A stretch of DNA of 64,000 nucleotides. Origin: Candidatus Omnitrophota bacterium. GTDB taxonomy: Bacteria > Omnitrophota > Gorgyraeia > Duberdicusellales > 4484-171. The position numbers and the translations under genes were made by a program. The notes under the pieces are model-generated. The model did not search any database. It had not been told where the DNA came from and was given only the letters and a program-made list of their open reading frames with translations. The stretch is from NCBI GenBank assembly GCA_003154195.1, contig PMCS01000008.1, forward strand, positions 143,366-207,365, written 5' to 3'. Positions 1 through 10,295 of the stretch are shown here, piece by piece. Each line of letters opens with the position of its first letter. Positions within the stretch are counted from its first letter, which is position 1.

Positions 1-3000
1 ACAATTTTTTCGACACGGCAATCAGGGCTGAAAGTGTCCTTGCGGGACGGATTATGGTAAACAACGAAAATAGAAGAAAATAGTTTAAAAGAGAAGGTAT
101 TTGCTTCAAAGGTAATTGTTCTTTCTCCCCAGGCAACGGCTTCTTGCCTGGTCGTAAACATCTCGCCTTTTAAAAGCGGAGAAAATTTCAGAAATAAATT
201 ATTATCGGCATCGGTAAAAAACGGCCGCCGGCCCATTGCCATAATAATCCAAATATTAAGCAATTCCGCGGTCGCGCCGCTCAGGCGCGCGACGAATCCT
301 TTACCCCATAACTTATCGTCAGGGTAACAGCTGGAGACAATAAACGAAGAGTTTTCCAGGATATTCCTGCCATAAGTTTGCGCCGGGAAAAAACAAACAC
401 AGCAATTATAGAAATCTTCAAAGAATTCTTTATACCAACCGCTTTTTAATATTTCCAGCAGGTATTTATATTCCATATGCAGCCAAATCGATTCATTCTC
501 CAGCCATCCCGGAACAAAAACGCGGCTTCGCCCGATTTCCAACGGCATACCGGCCAGGGAATCATTTAACCTATACATCTTTAATTTTCGGTCATAAAGC
601 GGCGATTTCTTTACCGCCGCGTATAACTCTTTCCGTTTATCTACGCGCAGCAAACCGACTACGCCCTCCAACGAATAAGGCAAGGGTTTCCTCTCGAATT
701 CCAAGGGAAAAATATTTTTATCTTTACCGCGCCATTTTTTTACTTCGTACATAAAATAAGTCGAATACATCCCGTCTTTTTTGTTATGGGCTTTCTCGAT
801 GCCGGTATTCAATTTAGCGGCTAATTTTGTCAAAAACAAAATCAATCCGGCGACCTCAGTTTTGATCTCCTTACCCGTAAGATGATAAAATGTTTTTTTG
901 CGAAATTTTTCCTTGGCAGTACCGGCTTTATCCCACCATAGATAATCCTTTCTTTTTTCATCGCCGGGATTATAGGCATCCAGAAGCCTTTCTATTTCTT
1001 TCATAAAGGAGAATAATTCCTCGGCAATCGGTATTGTGTTTACTTTTTGATCTTTCAGTATTTTCAAGTTCCCGATTAAAATCAAGCAGGCCCGCTTTAA
1101 ATCAATCGTTTCACAGAGGGATGACCCGAAAAGCATGGGCAAACCATTAAGCGAATCGCACCATCCCGGCTTATCCGCTTCCATCTCCACGCCGATGCCG
1201 TCCGAATCAAGGCTGGCGGCTTTATTTAAAACAAGCGACAGGATCTTGGCAGTTAAGTTAGTTTTGTAAATTTTACCCGTTTTGGTCCTTAAAAAATTGT
1301 TGAATGCCGGACGCCGGGAAATAATATCCGCTTTCTCCTGGACATTTTCCACGCCGTGCCCCTGATAGACTTTACCGTTGCGTATCTGATAACGTCCCTT
1401 CCGGGGATTTACCCGGTATTCGTCATCCCAGAAAAGATAATCTTTGCTTAAAAATAAATCCAAAGCTTTTTCGGGATAAAACAGGAGGTAGCTTTCGATC
1501 AAATCAAGGTTGTAACGCCAATGGTCGATCCAATAACCTTCGCCGAAGCTGGCATAAGGCATGCGCGAGGCATTAACCACAAGCGCGGCGGCTAATTCGT
1601 CTCTTCTTTTTACTACCAGGCCTTGCGCCTCGGCGAGCTTAAAAAATTCGCCGAGATGAAACCCCCCTATCATCAAACCAATTATTTTTTTATCGGCCAC
1701 ACCAAAGCGATTCAAAAGTTTGCTCGCCGCGGCGGCTTTAAAGAATAATTTTTCGCCGTTGACGACCAGCGGATTATACCCGTCTATTTTTATAAGATTA
1801 AGGAAGTAGACAATATTGTTTTTTCCGATAAAAGGATTAAAAAATAAATCCATCCGCCGGTTCTGGTTTATATCGCGGTAGTTTGCCTCGCCTTCGCTAA
1901 AATAAGAAGGCAGGATCCTGAATTTATTATAGTCGCGCTCTAAATCGCCGTGCTTACGGGAAAAAACATAATAGATATCCTTGCTGCCGCCAAACGCGTA
2001 AGGATAGCCCCCTCGTAAAACATTATCCAGATATGAACATTTTATGTACTGGTCGAATTCTTTTTTAGCGGAAACGCAGAAGGCGTTGCTTTTTATTTTC
2101 TCCGTCAATTCTTCGTTTTCTTTATCTTTCTGCTCGATAAAATCAGCGCGCAACCGAGGGAGAAAACCTTCAATGATCTTAGCGTTCAAAGCGGTGCCGA
2201 AAACGCTGTAGAAAGTTCTTTCTTCACCGGCGGCCAGATCCCATTTAAAATGGCTGAACGAACAGGGAGTCTTACCGCAATCGATCTGGCGCAAGGGAAC
2301 TTTAAAATCGTCTTGCCAGAAAGCCAGCGGCGAAGAATAAGAAGTATCGTTTAAAAAAACCGCTTCGGGATCGATAATAAGGTACGGCTTACTGTTAACA
2401 CCGTTATTCTCCCAAAATGAATAATTAAAATTAGCGCCTTCCACATATTTTGTTTCGCTGACATCCTCGGGATCGACAATCAGACGAAAAATCGCCAGAT
2501 TCTCGCGAACCCCGCAACGCATCCACGCCTCCACGGTGCGGGAAAGATATTTGAGGAATACGTCCCTGGTGCCGAAAGGAATTATGCGCGAGTGGCCGTC
2601 AAGTATTTCCAGGCTAGTTTTCTCATTAGAAATGTTGCGCACGCGCAACACCCGCACCAAGCCGCCCACGGGGCAATTTGGCAGGGTAAAATACTTCACC
2701 CGGCAGCGCAAACCAAGCTGGCGGTTAGTTTCTTCTATCTCCAGCGAGGCGCTTCTTATCGTCATATCTTCCTCACCGTGGGGATGAGTGATATGAAACG
2801 GCTCGTATTTTGCCTGTCCGTTGATCTTGATAAAAGTCCTGAAACCGATCGAAGAAACCAGAGCGTAGGCTTTATTCGCCGGCCAGAATTCCGCGATGCT
2901 GGTATCTTTATTCTCCAAACCAAAGCTTATGACGGCCTGGCCCCGGTTGACATAAAAAGCCCAAACCGGGATCCCCCATACGCCCGCTACCCCCGGGAGG

Positions 3001-3080
3001 AAATTAGAAAAAGGATAAGCCTGGTTATAATCATTGATGACAAAACTACCGTCATCCTTTAATTGGTATTGCTCTTCCAT
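1..3080 (-). CDS. GH161-like beta-1,3-glucan (glycoside) phosphorylase, 3' end truncated by window edge
   Basis: ATG at 3080 with AAGGAGG RBS. Start and window-edge ends were hand-translated in the same frame: MEEQYQLKDDGSFVINDYNQAYPFSNFLPGVAG at the start and YHNPSRKDTF near the edge. Internal motifs read: HGDLERDYN, NYRDINQNRR, DGYNPL, GVEMEADKPGWCDSLNGLP, GWLENESIWLHMEYKY, GFVARLSGATAE. Absent from the ORF track, presumably because no stop lies in the window. Family assignment is from recalled motifs. Confidence 0.8.
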   Translation of the reverse strand, partial: MEEQYQLKDDGSFVINDYNQAYPFSNFLPGVAGVWGIPVWAFYVNRGQAVISFGLENKDTSIAEFWPANKAYALVSSIGFRTFIKINGQAKYEPFHITHPHGEEDMTIRSASLEIEETNRQLGLRCRVKYFTLPNCPVGGLVRVLRVRNISNEKTSLEILDGHSRIIPFGTRDVFLKYLSRTVEAWMRCGVRENLAIFRLIVDPEDVSETKYVEGANFNYSFWENNGVNSKPYLIIDPEAVFLNDTSYSSPLAFWQDDFKVPLRQIDCGKTPCSFSHFKWDLAAGEERTFYSVFGTALNAKIIEGFLPRLRADFIEQKDKENEELTEKIKSNAFCVSAKKEFDQYIKCSYLDNVLRGGYPYAFGGSKDIYYVFSRKHGDLERDYNKFRILPSYFSEGEANYRDINQNRRMDLFFNPFIGKNNIVYFLNLIKIDGYNPLVVNGEKLFFKAAAASKLLNRFGVADKKIIGLMIGGFHLGEFFKLAEAQGLVVKRRDELAAALVVNASRMPYASFGEGYWIDHWRYNLDLIESYLLFYPEKALDLFLSKDYLFWDDEYRVNPRKGRYQIRNGKVYQGHGVENVQEKADIISRRPAFNNFLRTKTGKIYKTNLTAKILSLVLNKAASLDSDGIGVEMEADKPGWCDSLNGLPMLFGSSLCETIDLKRACLILIGNLKILKDQKVNTIPIAEELFSFMKEIERLLDAYNPGDEKRKDYLWWDKAGTAKEKFRKKTFYHLTGKEIKTEVAGLILFLTKLAAKLNTGIEKAHNKKDGMYSTYFMYEVKKWRGKDKNIFPLEFERKPLPYSLEGVVGLLRVDKRKELYAAVKKSPLYDRKLKMYRLNDSLAGMPLEIGRSRVFVPGWLENESIWLHMEYKYLLEILKSGWYKEFFEDFYNCCVCFFPAQTYGRNILENSSFIVSSCYPDDKLWGKGFVARLSGATAELLNIWIIMAMGRRPFFTDADNNLFLKFSPLLKGEMFTTRQEAVAWGERTITFEANTFSFKLFSSIFVVYHNPSRKDTFSPDCRVEKI

Positions 3081-3103
3081 CAGCGACCTCCTTTAACGAG
3101 CAG

Positions 3104-3336
3104 ATGGTTTATAAAATTTTACCAAATTTTATAAACCATAGCCCCGCCAAAGCGGGGCGTCTGTGAATTTCCCGCCTTTGGCGGGATCCCGCTTCCCTAA
3201 AATAATTATTTAAGGAAGGCGGTGAAAACCCCGCCCTTTTGGCGCTATCGGCAAATTAAACTTTTATTTATAATAACCACCTTAAAATTATAATAAATCG
3301 CTTCTCTACCTAGCTACCCAGCCAAAAGGGCGGGGT
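3104..3336. repeat. Cluster of hairpins upstream of the phosphorylase, including IS200/IS605-end-like inverted pair
   Basis: atggtttataaaattt..aaattttataaaccat; gccccgccaaagcggggc; cccgcctttggcggg; accccgcccttttggc (3228-3243) paired with gccaaaagggcggggt (3321-3336). Confidence 0.7.
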
Positions 3337-3337
3337 C

Positions 3338-3396
3338 TAATTCGACTACCACCTCACGCTTCGCCGTTCGGGCTCGCGTTCGGTGAAGTCTCATTA
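3338..3396 (+). mobile_element. MITE-like element, family J (TAATTCGACTAC...AAGTCTCATTA)
   Basis: Same termini at 29725-29782 and, reversed, at 49255-49400. The right end overlaps the GT2 stop codon. Confidence 0.7.
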
Positions 3397-4542
3397 GAAG
3401 CTTGGCTCGATGCAAAATGTGCCGTTTTTTAAAGACCCTTTCACGCCGCCTTTGATAAATTCCAGATTAGTCAGGTATTTCATCTTTAAAAATTCCGGCC
3501 ACTTCCAATACGGCTCGATGTTAAACGCCGAGATGACAAAATGAAAAGCCGTCCATAAAGTTGGCACCAGAAATAACCAACTTAAAAACCGCCATATTAT
3601 CGCGCCCAGCCAAATCCATTGAAAAACAAATGACAGAAGAAACAAAAAACCAAAAAAATGCATCAGTTGGAAATTGCCGATATAAATAAATCCCTTTATC
3701 GGAAAGGGAATCCTTATTATCGGCATCTGGGGCCATCGGCCCATAAACTGCAAACATAATTCCATGTAATTTTTGGCGTGCGCCTTCAGTAAAACCGGAT
3801 GGGCCGCGCCGTAAGACTGCCAAACCCGGCGTAACGCTTTTAAATCGGCGCGGTGCATATGCTCCGCGGACGCCTGGGGGCAGAAATAAAATTTCCATCC
3901 TTTATTGCGGCTGCGAATACCAAAATCCATATCTTCTCCCGTAGGTAAATCCCAGAATTTCCTTCCGTTATCGTCGATTGCTTTCTTGCGGTACGCGACA
4001 TTGGCGGTGACAAAAAAATAAGCCCGGTGGCCGCATATCTGCGTAGGCGTATAATCATCAAGGTCGGGGTAATAACCTTCCTGCAGATTTCCGTAACGCC
4101 AGGATACGCGGTTAAACCCGAAAGCTTCGCAGAAAATTTCTACAAGATTTTCCTTATCCACGCGGCGCGTCAGGATCTCTCCTCCCACAGCGCCGATTTT
4201 TTCGTCTTTGGCGAACACCGCGAGTATTTTATAAATCCAATCCTTACAAGGGGTGCAATCGCCGTCGGTAAAAAACACAAATTCTCCCCTGGCTTCCTGT
4301 AAGGCGCGCGTACGGGCGAAACCGGGTGAAGGACATTTGGGTATTTCCACCAATTTGATATAAGGATGCTCCTTTTGATAATCCTTTATTATGGAAATGG
4401 TCTTATCGGTGCTACCTCCATCCGCAAAAATAAGTTCCATCTTCACGCGGGGATAATCGATATTCATCAGATATTCAAAAGTAGTAACGATGGTTCTTTC
4501 CATGTTGCGAACAGGAACGATAATGGAAATAAACGGCTCCAT
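3394..4542 (-). CDS. Glycosyltransferase family 2 with C-terminal membrane helices
   Basis: ISIIVPVRN, DGGSTD, FTDGD and GED motifs. The start was moved to MEPFIS, which has a GGAGG RBS. Confidence 0.9.
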   Translation of the reverse strand: MEPFISIIVPVRNMERTIVTTFEYLMNIDYPRVKMELIFADGGSTDKTISIIKDYQKEHPYIKLVEIPKCPSPGFARTRALQEARGEFVFFTDGDCTPCKDWIYKILAVFAKDEKIGAVGGEILTRRVDKENLVEIFCEAFGFNRVSWRYGNLQEGYYPDLDDYTPTQICGHRAYFFVTANVAYRKKAIDDNGRKFWDLPTGEDMDFGIRSRNKGWKFYFCPQASAEHMHRADLKALRRVWQSYGAAHPVLLKAHAKNYMELCLQFMGRWPQMPIIRIPFPIKGFIYIGNFQLMHFFGFLFLLSFVFQWIWLGAIIWRFLSWLFLVPTLWTAFHFVISAFNIEPYWKWPEFLKMKYLTNLEFIKGGVKGSLKNGTFCIEPSF

Positions 4543-4592
4543 GCGATACCTCCTCCAAATCCCTGTTTCACAGGAATTTATTTGCGCTAATA

Positions 4593-5225
4593 TCAACCCA
4601 TTAACATTTTCAACGAAGAAATAATTTTTACTATTTTATATTTCTTTACTTCGCTCAAGTTGCTCGAACCGCCCCGGACATACACAAAATCTATCCCCGC
4701 GGCCTGAGCGGTACGGGCATCGATAGCCATATCGCCCACATAAATACTATCTTTTTTTGCTACCCTGAATTTTTTAACGATAACATTCAAAATCTTCGGC
4801 TTGGGCTTTAAGCTATTTATCTGGTCGGCGCATAGCACATAATTAAAATACTTCTTTATGCCCGTTGATTCAAGGATAATCCCGGTAAACTGGCTTGGGC
4901 GATTGGATGCCAGAGCAACAATCTTACCTTGCTGCTTCAACGAAAAAAGTACGCCCCCGGCAAACGGCAGGCACCTTGCGTACTTAACTAAAGATTTTCG
5001 ATGATGGCGACGATATATGCGTAACGCGGCGTTCCTGTGTTTTGCGGGGAAAAAAGCTTTTATAAAAAGTTTATCGCCTTTGCCGACCGTACGTTTAACC
5101 TCGCGGTAGCTTACTTCGGAATACCCGAGTTTTGTTAAAGTAAAATTAAGGCTTTTTTCTATGGCTTCATAGGCATCGACTAAAGTTCCGTCTAAATCAA
5201 AGATGAATAATTTTTTATCGTGCAT
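4593..5225 (-). CDS. HAD-family hydrolase (phosphoglycolate phosphatase-like)
   Basis: FDLDGTLVD, KP and YVGD motifs. Confidence 0.9.
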   Translation of the reverse strand: MHDKKLFIFDLDGTLVDAYEAIEKSLNFTLTKLGYSEVSYREVKRTVGKGDKLFIKAFFPAKHRNAALRIYRRHHRKSLVKYARCLPFAGGVLFSLKQQGKIVALASNRPSQFTGIILESTGIKKYFNYVLCADQINSLKPKPKILNVIVKKFRVAKKDSIYVGDMAIDARTAQAAGIDFVYVRGGSSNLSEVKKYKIVKIISSLKMLMG

Positions 5226-5763
5226 CTCTTAAATTTACATGCGCCGATACAGCCGCGGCAGTTAATATTTTTAATAACTCCGGCGCGATAAACGGCAGTA
5301 ATCCGGCGCTAATCGCCGCCATAAGCGAAAAATGGTATAAGTTAACCAGCCACGCCAACCCTAAACAATAGACAATTACGTTGACAAAAATGAAAAGAAA
5401 AAATAGTTTCATAAAAGTTGCCGGCTTAGGCAAAAAACTCGGGGCGATGGCCGCGGCGGCAAGGAACCCCAGGAGATAACCGCCGGTGGGACCGGAAAGA
5501 TAAAGAAAACCGCTGCCGCCGTTGGTAAAAACCGGCAATCCTAAAATACCAGCAGTAAGATAAAAAGCCTGGGGCAGAAACGCCTTATTTTTTAGAAAAA
5601 CTATGCTCAAACAAACTATCAGCGTCTGTAGAGTTATCGGCACCGGCGTAAAAAATAAAGGGATGCGGACATTGGCGGAAAGCGCCATAAGGAAAGTAAA
5701 AATACCGACTAAAACAACATCGCGGGAAAGCATTTTTTTTTGGTCTAGCGCAACAGCTTTCAT
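5215..5763 (-). CDS. bioY: Biotin transporter BioY
   Basis: PVPITLQT, GLPVF, GPTGGYLLGF; GGAGG RBS before MKAVA. Confidence 0.92.
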   Translation of the reverse strand: MKAVALDQKKMLSRDVVLVGIFTFLMALSANVRIPLFFTPVPITLQTLIVCLSIVFLKNKAFLPQAFYLTAGILGLPVFTNGGSGFLYLSGPTGGYLLGFLAAAAIAPSFLPKPATFMKLFFLFIFVNVIVYCLGLAWLVNLYHFSLMAAISAGLLPFIAPELLKILTAAAVSAHVNLRDAR

Positions 5764-5973
5764 AAACAAATCCTCCTTTACTAAATAATAAGTATTATCT
5801 TAATATTTGGAACAACCATAAGGAATTTAATTGTACCATAGGTAAAAAAAAAATGAAGCAAATTATCGAAAACGTTTACCCTTAATATCCTTGTTTTTTA
5901 ATACCCTGGCATGCTATATTTTAATAATTTCGCGGGAAATCAACGGGGGCAGGATGTTTTCAGGATAGAAAAG

Positions 5974-6099
5974 CGTTGCGTCCGTTAGGCCGGTTAGACC
6001 TGTTGTGTCCATTGAGCCAATTTAGCCTGTTAGAGGGTTTTAAACGCTACGACCGGCCAAACTGGCTCAACCAACTAAATGGGCTCAACCAGCCTACCG
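5974..6099. repeat. Inverted cassette with 9-mer tandem arms
   Basis: Left units cgttaggcc/ggttagacc/cattgagcc; right units gctcaacca/gccaaactg, in reverse-complement sense. Confidence 0.8.
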
Positions 6100-6103
6100 A
6101 TTT

Positions 6104-7219
6104 TCACTTAATTTTCTTATAAATACGCGGTATCCGGGACGATAAGCAAGTAGTTATTTCGTAAGGTATCGTACCGGCCCAATCCGCTAAATCGCCGGCG
6201 GAAATTTCCCGCTTACCTTTTTTGCCGAGTAAAACAACTTCCTCCCCGGCTTTAATATCCTTGCGGCCGCCTAAATCAACCATGGTATGATCCATACAGA
6301 CCCTGCCCGCCACGGGGAAAAGGCCGTCTTTTATTATCACTTTGGCGCGGTTGGACAAAATCCTCTGGTAACCGTCGGCGTAGCCTACCGCCAGAGTAGC
6401 GATACGCGTCTTTTTCTTTGCCGCATAGGTCCGGCCGTAGCTGACCGTAGCTCCTTCAGCAATATCCTTAACAAAAATTACCCTGGTTTTCAAGGAAAGG
6501 ACCGGCACAACCGCCAGTTTAGCCCGCGGCGCCGGCTTAATCCCGTATAAAATAAGGCCGGGCCGGACTAAATTTAAATAGCTTTCCGGAAAATTGACGA
6601 TTGCCGCGCTATTGGCGCAGTGAATATACTTAAAATGGATATTTTCTTTTTTAAAAGCTTCGACTAAAGCCGCGAACAGCGCGATTTGCTGCTTGGTAAA
6701 CGCCTTATCGGCATCGGCGGCGGGAAAATGCGTATAGATACCTTCCAGCCGGATATTCCTTAGTTTTTTTAAATCTAACACAAAATCAAAAACTTCCCGG
6801 CAATTTAACCCCAGCCTGCCCATGCCGGTATCGACCTTTACATGGCCGGGCATGATTACCCCTTTATTTTTTGCTTCTCGATTTAACGCGCGGGCAAAGT
6901 TTATATCGACAATGGTAGGGGTTAACCGGTACTGGATAAAAGCGGACGCAAACCGCGGCAGGATTGCTGTAAGAATCAAAATCGGTTCGTTAAAATTTTG
7001 ACGGCGCAGAATAACGGCTTCCTCGATACTCTCCAAACCAAAGAAATCCGTCTTCATCCGGGATAATTCTCTCGCTACCGGCAAAAGGCCATGGCCATAG
7101 GCATTTTGTTTTACCGTAGCGATGATGCCTGTTTTATTGCCGATACGGCGCTTGATCGCCCGGAAATTATCTCTTAAAGCCTTAAGGTCTATCTCTATCC
7201 ATAACGGACGATACATCAT
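6104..7219 (-). CDS. alr: Alanine racemase
   Basis: VKQNAYGHG PLP-lysine motif, KVDTGMGRLG, GYADG, GRVCMD. Confidence 0.97.
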   Translation of the reverse strand: MMYRPLWIEIDLKALRDNFRAIKRRIGNKTGIIATVKQNAYGHGLLPVARELSRMKTDFFGLESIEEAVILRRQNFNEPILILTAILPRFASAFIQYRLTPTIVDINFARALNREAKNKGVIMPGHVKVDTGMGRLGLNCREVFDFVLDLKKLRNIRLEGIYTHFPAADADKAFTKQQIALFAALVEAFKKENIHFKYIHCANSAAIVNFPESYLNLVRPGLILYGIKPAPRAKLAVVPVLSLKTRVIFVKDIAEGATVSYGRTYAAKKKTRIATLAVGYADGYQRILSNRAKVIIKDGLFPVAGRVCMDHTMVDLGGRKDIKAGEEVVLLGKKGKREISAGDLADWAGTIPYEITTCLSSRIPRIYKKIK

Positions 7220-7286
7220 AAAGGTTCTTTTATATTTAAGCTGCGCTTAGCGCTCAAAGATTGTGCGCCTCCGGCGCGGGGAGTTG

Positions 7287-7495
7287 AATGGTTTCAGCGA
7301 TGTCTTCGCTCATAGGCAATTTCCGGGCGGTAAAAACCTGCAGGGATTTTGGTGGCTGCGTAACTCGGTCTTGATATTGTTAATATCAAGACCTCAAACA
7401 CCCACAGCCATCCCGGCTTCGCTTCGGGATTCCCAAAATCCCTTCAGCTTTTTACCTAAAATTGCAAATTCGCTCAGCCCTCGCTGAAACCATTC
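7287..7495. mobile_element. ~210 bp long nested hairpin (MITE/REP-like)
   Basis: Terminal IR gaatggtttcagcga/tcgctgaaaccattc. Inner pairs ggtaaaaa/tttttacc, agggattttgg/ccaaaatccct, ggtcttgatatt/aatatcaagacc. Confidence 0.75.
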
Positions 7496-7593
7496 TGGAA
7501 ATAAAAGGAAAAAACAAAAAATCTTTTATTTTTCCCTCTTTTATCCCAGGCCAGCGGACAGATGTTTATTTTTTGCTGCACAAAAAATAAACA

Positions 7594-8142
7594 TTATTCC
7601 TGCCAGAAATTATATTTTTGCCCGGTTTTAGAATCGATCACGATATGCCTATCGGGGGAAAGTTTCAACGAATCATGTATGCTGTTATCAAAAGTATAAA
7701 GCTCAACCTGTTTTCCCTGGCGCTCTTTGACCTCTGTGATAACGTCGGAAAAATCGGAGTCGCCGGAGATCAAAGCCGCGATATCATAATGGTCCATGAA
7801 AGCTTTAGAAAGCATATCCAGCGCGATCTTGACATCAAGGCCTTTCTGAACCCATATTTTCCCCATACGCACCAACCGGCCTAATTTAAAATCGAAATAA
7901 GGAATATTTTTCTTTAAATTAGTAAGGTATTCGTGCTGCTCATGATAAGTCTGGACGTTTTCATCCCGGCTGAGTTCTGCCGAATAATAATAGCAACGCT
8001 CTAAAGTCCGATGGGCGGTTATCCATCTTATAATATTCTGCCAATTTATATCTTTCAACCGCACCGTACCTCTCGATCCACGCATATCCTTCATTTTCTG
8101 GATTAAATACTCCGCATCGATAAAAATCATCAAACGGTTCAT
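7594..8142 (-). CDS. NYN-domain (LabA/DUF88, PIN-like) protein
   Basis: [19 protein letters not shown] and LISGDSDF motifs. Confidence 0.9.
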   Translation of the reverse strand: MNRLMIFIDAEYLIQKMKDMRGSRGTVRLKDINWQNIIRWITAHRTLERCYYYSAELSRDENVQTYHEQHEYLTNLKKNIPYFDFKLGRLVRMGKIWVQKGLDVKIALDMLSKAFMDHYDIAALISGDSDFSDVITEVKERQGKQVELYTFDNSIHDSLKLSPDRHIVIDSKTGQKYNFWQE

Positions 8143-8520
8143 TTTTCACTCTCCTTTATTTTTGCCGCGCAAAAAATAAACAACAGCCCTTTGTAACTTT
8201 ATAGTAATTATACCAAATTATTGGACATTCGGGGAGTTTTTTCGAGTTTTCGACTACCCATAGAATACTGGAATTTTTTTATAAGAAGGGAATGCGCGCG
8301 GGCAAAGCGATGCTATAGGGCTAAAAACTTTTTGTTTATTAGGCTGGTTTGTTCAACGATTGGCTTGAGTTAAGAAAATGCCCCGTACCCACGTCAGGAA
8401 TTACAGGGCAAGGCAGAACCAAAAACACAGGATTCCGGCTCTGCCGGACAGGAGGGGAAACCAGGGTATACCCCCATACCACCCACAGATGTGGATATGC
8501 TGTTTTGGCCGGATTTAGCT

Positions 8521-8865
8521 TCAGGCTTGGGTGGTATTGGCCCTTACCCAGGCGTCGTAGGCGCGCTCTAAAATTTCGATTTTTACCTCGGGCGAAAAAT
8601 CGACTAATTTTATCCCCGCCTCCCATCTTCCGGCAATAAACTTTTTCCACATAACTTTGCCGATGGCAGGGACAAAAATTTCTTTTTCCGGCCGTTGGAT
8701 TTTAAGCTCGACCGATGACTCGGGCTCGAAATCGAACTTTTCAAAAGCGACCCTTGCGCCTTGCCGGGAAAAATCCATAACCATGCCCGAAGCGCTCTCT
8801 TTGTTCTCGCCTCTCGCCTCAACCTGCAACGCCACATTAAATCTTAAAAATTTTCTGTTATTCAT
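8521..8865 (-). CDS. PilZ-domain protein
   Basis: RKFLR (RxxxR) and DFSRQG (DxSxxG) c-di-GMP-binding motifs. Confidence 0.85.
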   Translation of the reverse strand: MNNRKFLRFNVALQVEARGENKESASGMVMDFSRQGARVAFEKFDFEPESSVELKIQRPEKEIFVPAIGKVMWKKFIAGRWEAGIKLVDFSPEVKIEILERAYDAWVRANTTQA

Positions 8866-9026
8866 GAATACTAATGTATCACCGACATACGAAAAAGTCA
8901 AGTGTTTTTTTAAAATATTTTTTCATATTACTCACCTATCGAAAAGCTGAGTTTACGTATAGCTTTTTTATAATCCAGCACGTTCAGTATCGCCGGATTA
9001 TTCAAGTGGAACGAAACCGCTTTCAT

Positions 9027-9644
9027 CTAGAATCTATGTTCTTTTTTTTCCAGTAATCTCCGAATATTTTCTTTATGCCGCAAGATAATAAAAAAAGAAA
9101 GAACAAAAGAAAATACTTTGACTTCAAACGGCAGGTTAAAAATCCAGGATAAAGAAAGAAAAACAATAACCGCAATAATCGACGCCAGGGAAACGATACG
9201 CGTAATTAATAATACAACTATCCACGCGGCCAAGGAAAATATAAGTACAGAACGTAAGCCGCTTGCCGCAAAGCCCAACCCCAGGATAACCCCTGCGCTC
9301 GTAGCCACGCCCTTGCCGCCTTTGAATTTCAAAAAAAGAGGCCAGTTATGGCCGCAAACTGCCGCCAGTCCGGAAAGAATTAACGCACTTATTGAAATAT
9401 CAGAAAAAAGCAAACGCGACACAACAACCGCCAAAAAACCCTTCAAAAAATCCAAAATAAAAACCAGAATTCCCCAGGGCTTACCGACTACCCGTAAAAC
9501 ATTAGTCGCGCCGATATTGCCGGAACCAAAATTACGGATATCAATACCTTTGACCAAGAGAGCGACGATAAAACCAAAGGGAACACTGCCTAAAATATAA
9601 CTAGCCGCGGCTACTGTCGCGGTTGTTATTACCGATTCTATCAT
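9027..9644 (-). CDS. plsY: Glycerol-3-phosphate acyltransferase PlsY
   Basis: GSGNIGATN, FKGGKGVAT, HKENIRRL. Confidence 0.96.
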   Translation of the reverse strand: MIESVITTATVAAASYILGSVPFGFIVALLVKGIDIRNFGSGNIGATNVLRVVGKPWGILVFILDFLKGFLAVVVSRLLFSDISISALILSGLAAVCGHNWPLFLKFKGGKGVATSAGVILGLGFAASGLRSVLIFSLAAWIVVLLITRIVSLASIIAVIVFLSLSWIFNLPFEVKVFSFVLSFFIILRHKENIRRLLEKKEHRF

Positions 9645-10173
9645 TTATAGCCCTTACTCCTCGCGCGAAATAAGCGATCCCGGAGATTAATGTAAATATC
9701 GCGGCGGCAGTCCATACAATTTGAGCAAAAGGAAAATCCAGCAACACACAAAAAATAGTCATCATCTGAAAGAAAGTAGTCAACTTCCCCCACATGGAAG
9801 GGGCAATGGGAAGTTCTATTTTCAGAAAATAAATTATAAAAAAACCTAAAAGCATTACGGCGTCGCGACTTACCACCACAAGCACGATCAACAAAGGTAT
9901 TTTAAAATCCAACAGGTATAAAGAGATAAAAGCGGTGACAAGCAATAATTTATCGGCAAGCGGATCGATGATTTGCCCGAGCTCAGATTTTTCTTTTTTG
10001 ATTCGCGCTACTAAACCGTCGAAAAAGTCGGTCAATACGGCTAAAGTAAATACTCCCACGGCAAAATATTTAATTGCGGGGTTATAGGGATTATGCCGGG
10101 AATAGATAAGCAAAGAAACAAACGCAGGTATTAGAATAATTCTTACTGAGGATACCTTGTCGGCGAAAGTCAT
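9601..10173 (-). CDS. pgsA: CDP-alcohol phosphatidyltransferase (PgsA-like)
   Basis: TDFFDGLVAR...GQIIDPLADK motif. Confidence 0.85.
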   Translation of the reverse strand: MTFADKVSSVRIILIPAFVSLLIYSRHNPYNPAIKYFAVGVFTLAVLTDFFDGLVARIKKEKSELGQIIDPLADKLLLVTAFISLYLLDFKIPLLIVLVVVSRDAVMLLGFFIIYFLKIELPIAPSMWGKLTTFFQMMTIFCVLLDFPFAQIVWTAAAIFTLISGIAYFARGVRAINDRIGNNNRDSSRG

Positions 10174-10190
10174 ATAATGTTTTATTTAAA

Positions 10191-10285
10191 ACGGTTACTA
10201 TTAGTTACAAAAGGTTACGAATGGTTACCTTAAACAGAAGACAAACAACAATTACCCGTAACCATTAGTAACTATTAGTAACCTT
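10191..10285. repeat. Inverted cassette with 10-mer tandem arms
   Basis: acggttacta ttagttacaa aaggttacga atggttacct ... ccgtaaccat tagtaactat tagtaacctt. Confidence 0.85.
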
Positions 10286-10295
10286 TGCTTTTAAA

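Noticed and set aside
2536-3062. Plus-strand ORFs 2536-2787 and 2592-3062
   Set aside because: They are antisense shadows of the phosphorylase gene.
5790-5880. BirA operator upstream of bioY
   Set aside because: No convincing TGTAAAC-N-GTTTACA-type palindrome was found.
7263-7487. 74-aa ORF, and likewise 29352-29579, 46526-46720 and 56116-56304
   Set aside because: They coincide with hairpin or repeat elements and are probably non-coding.
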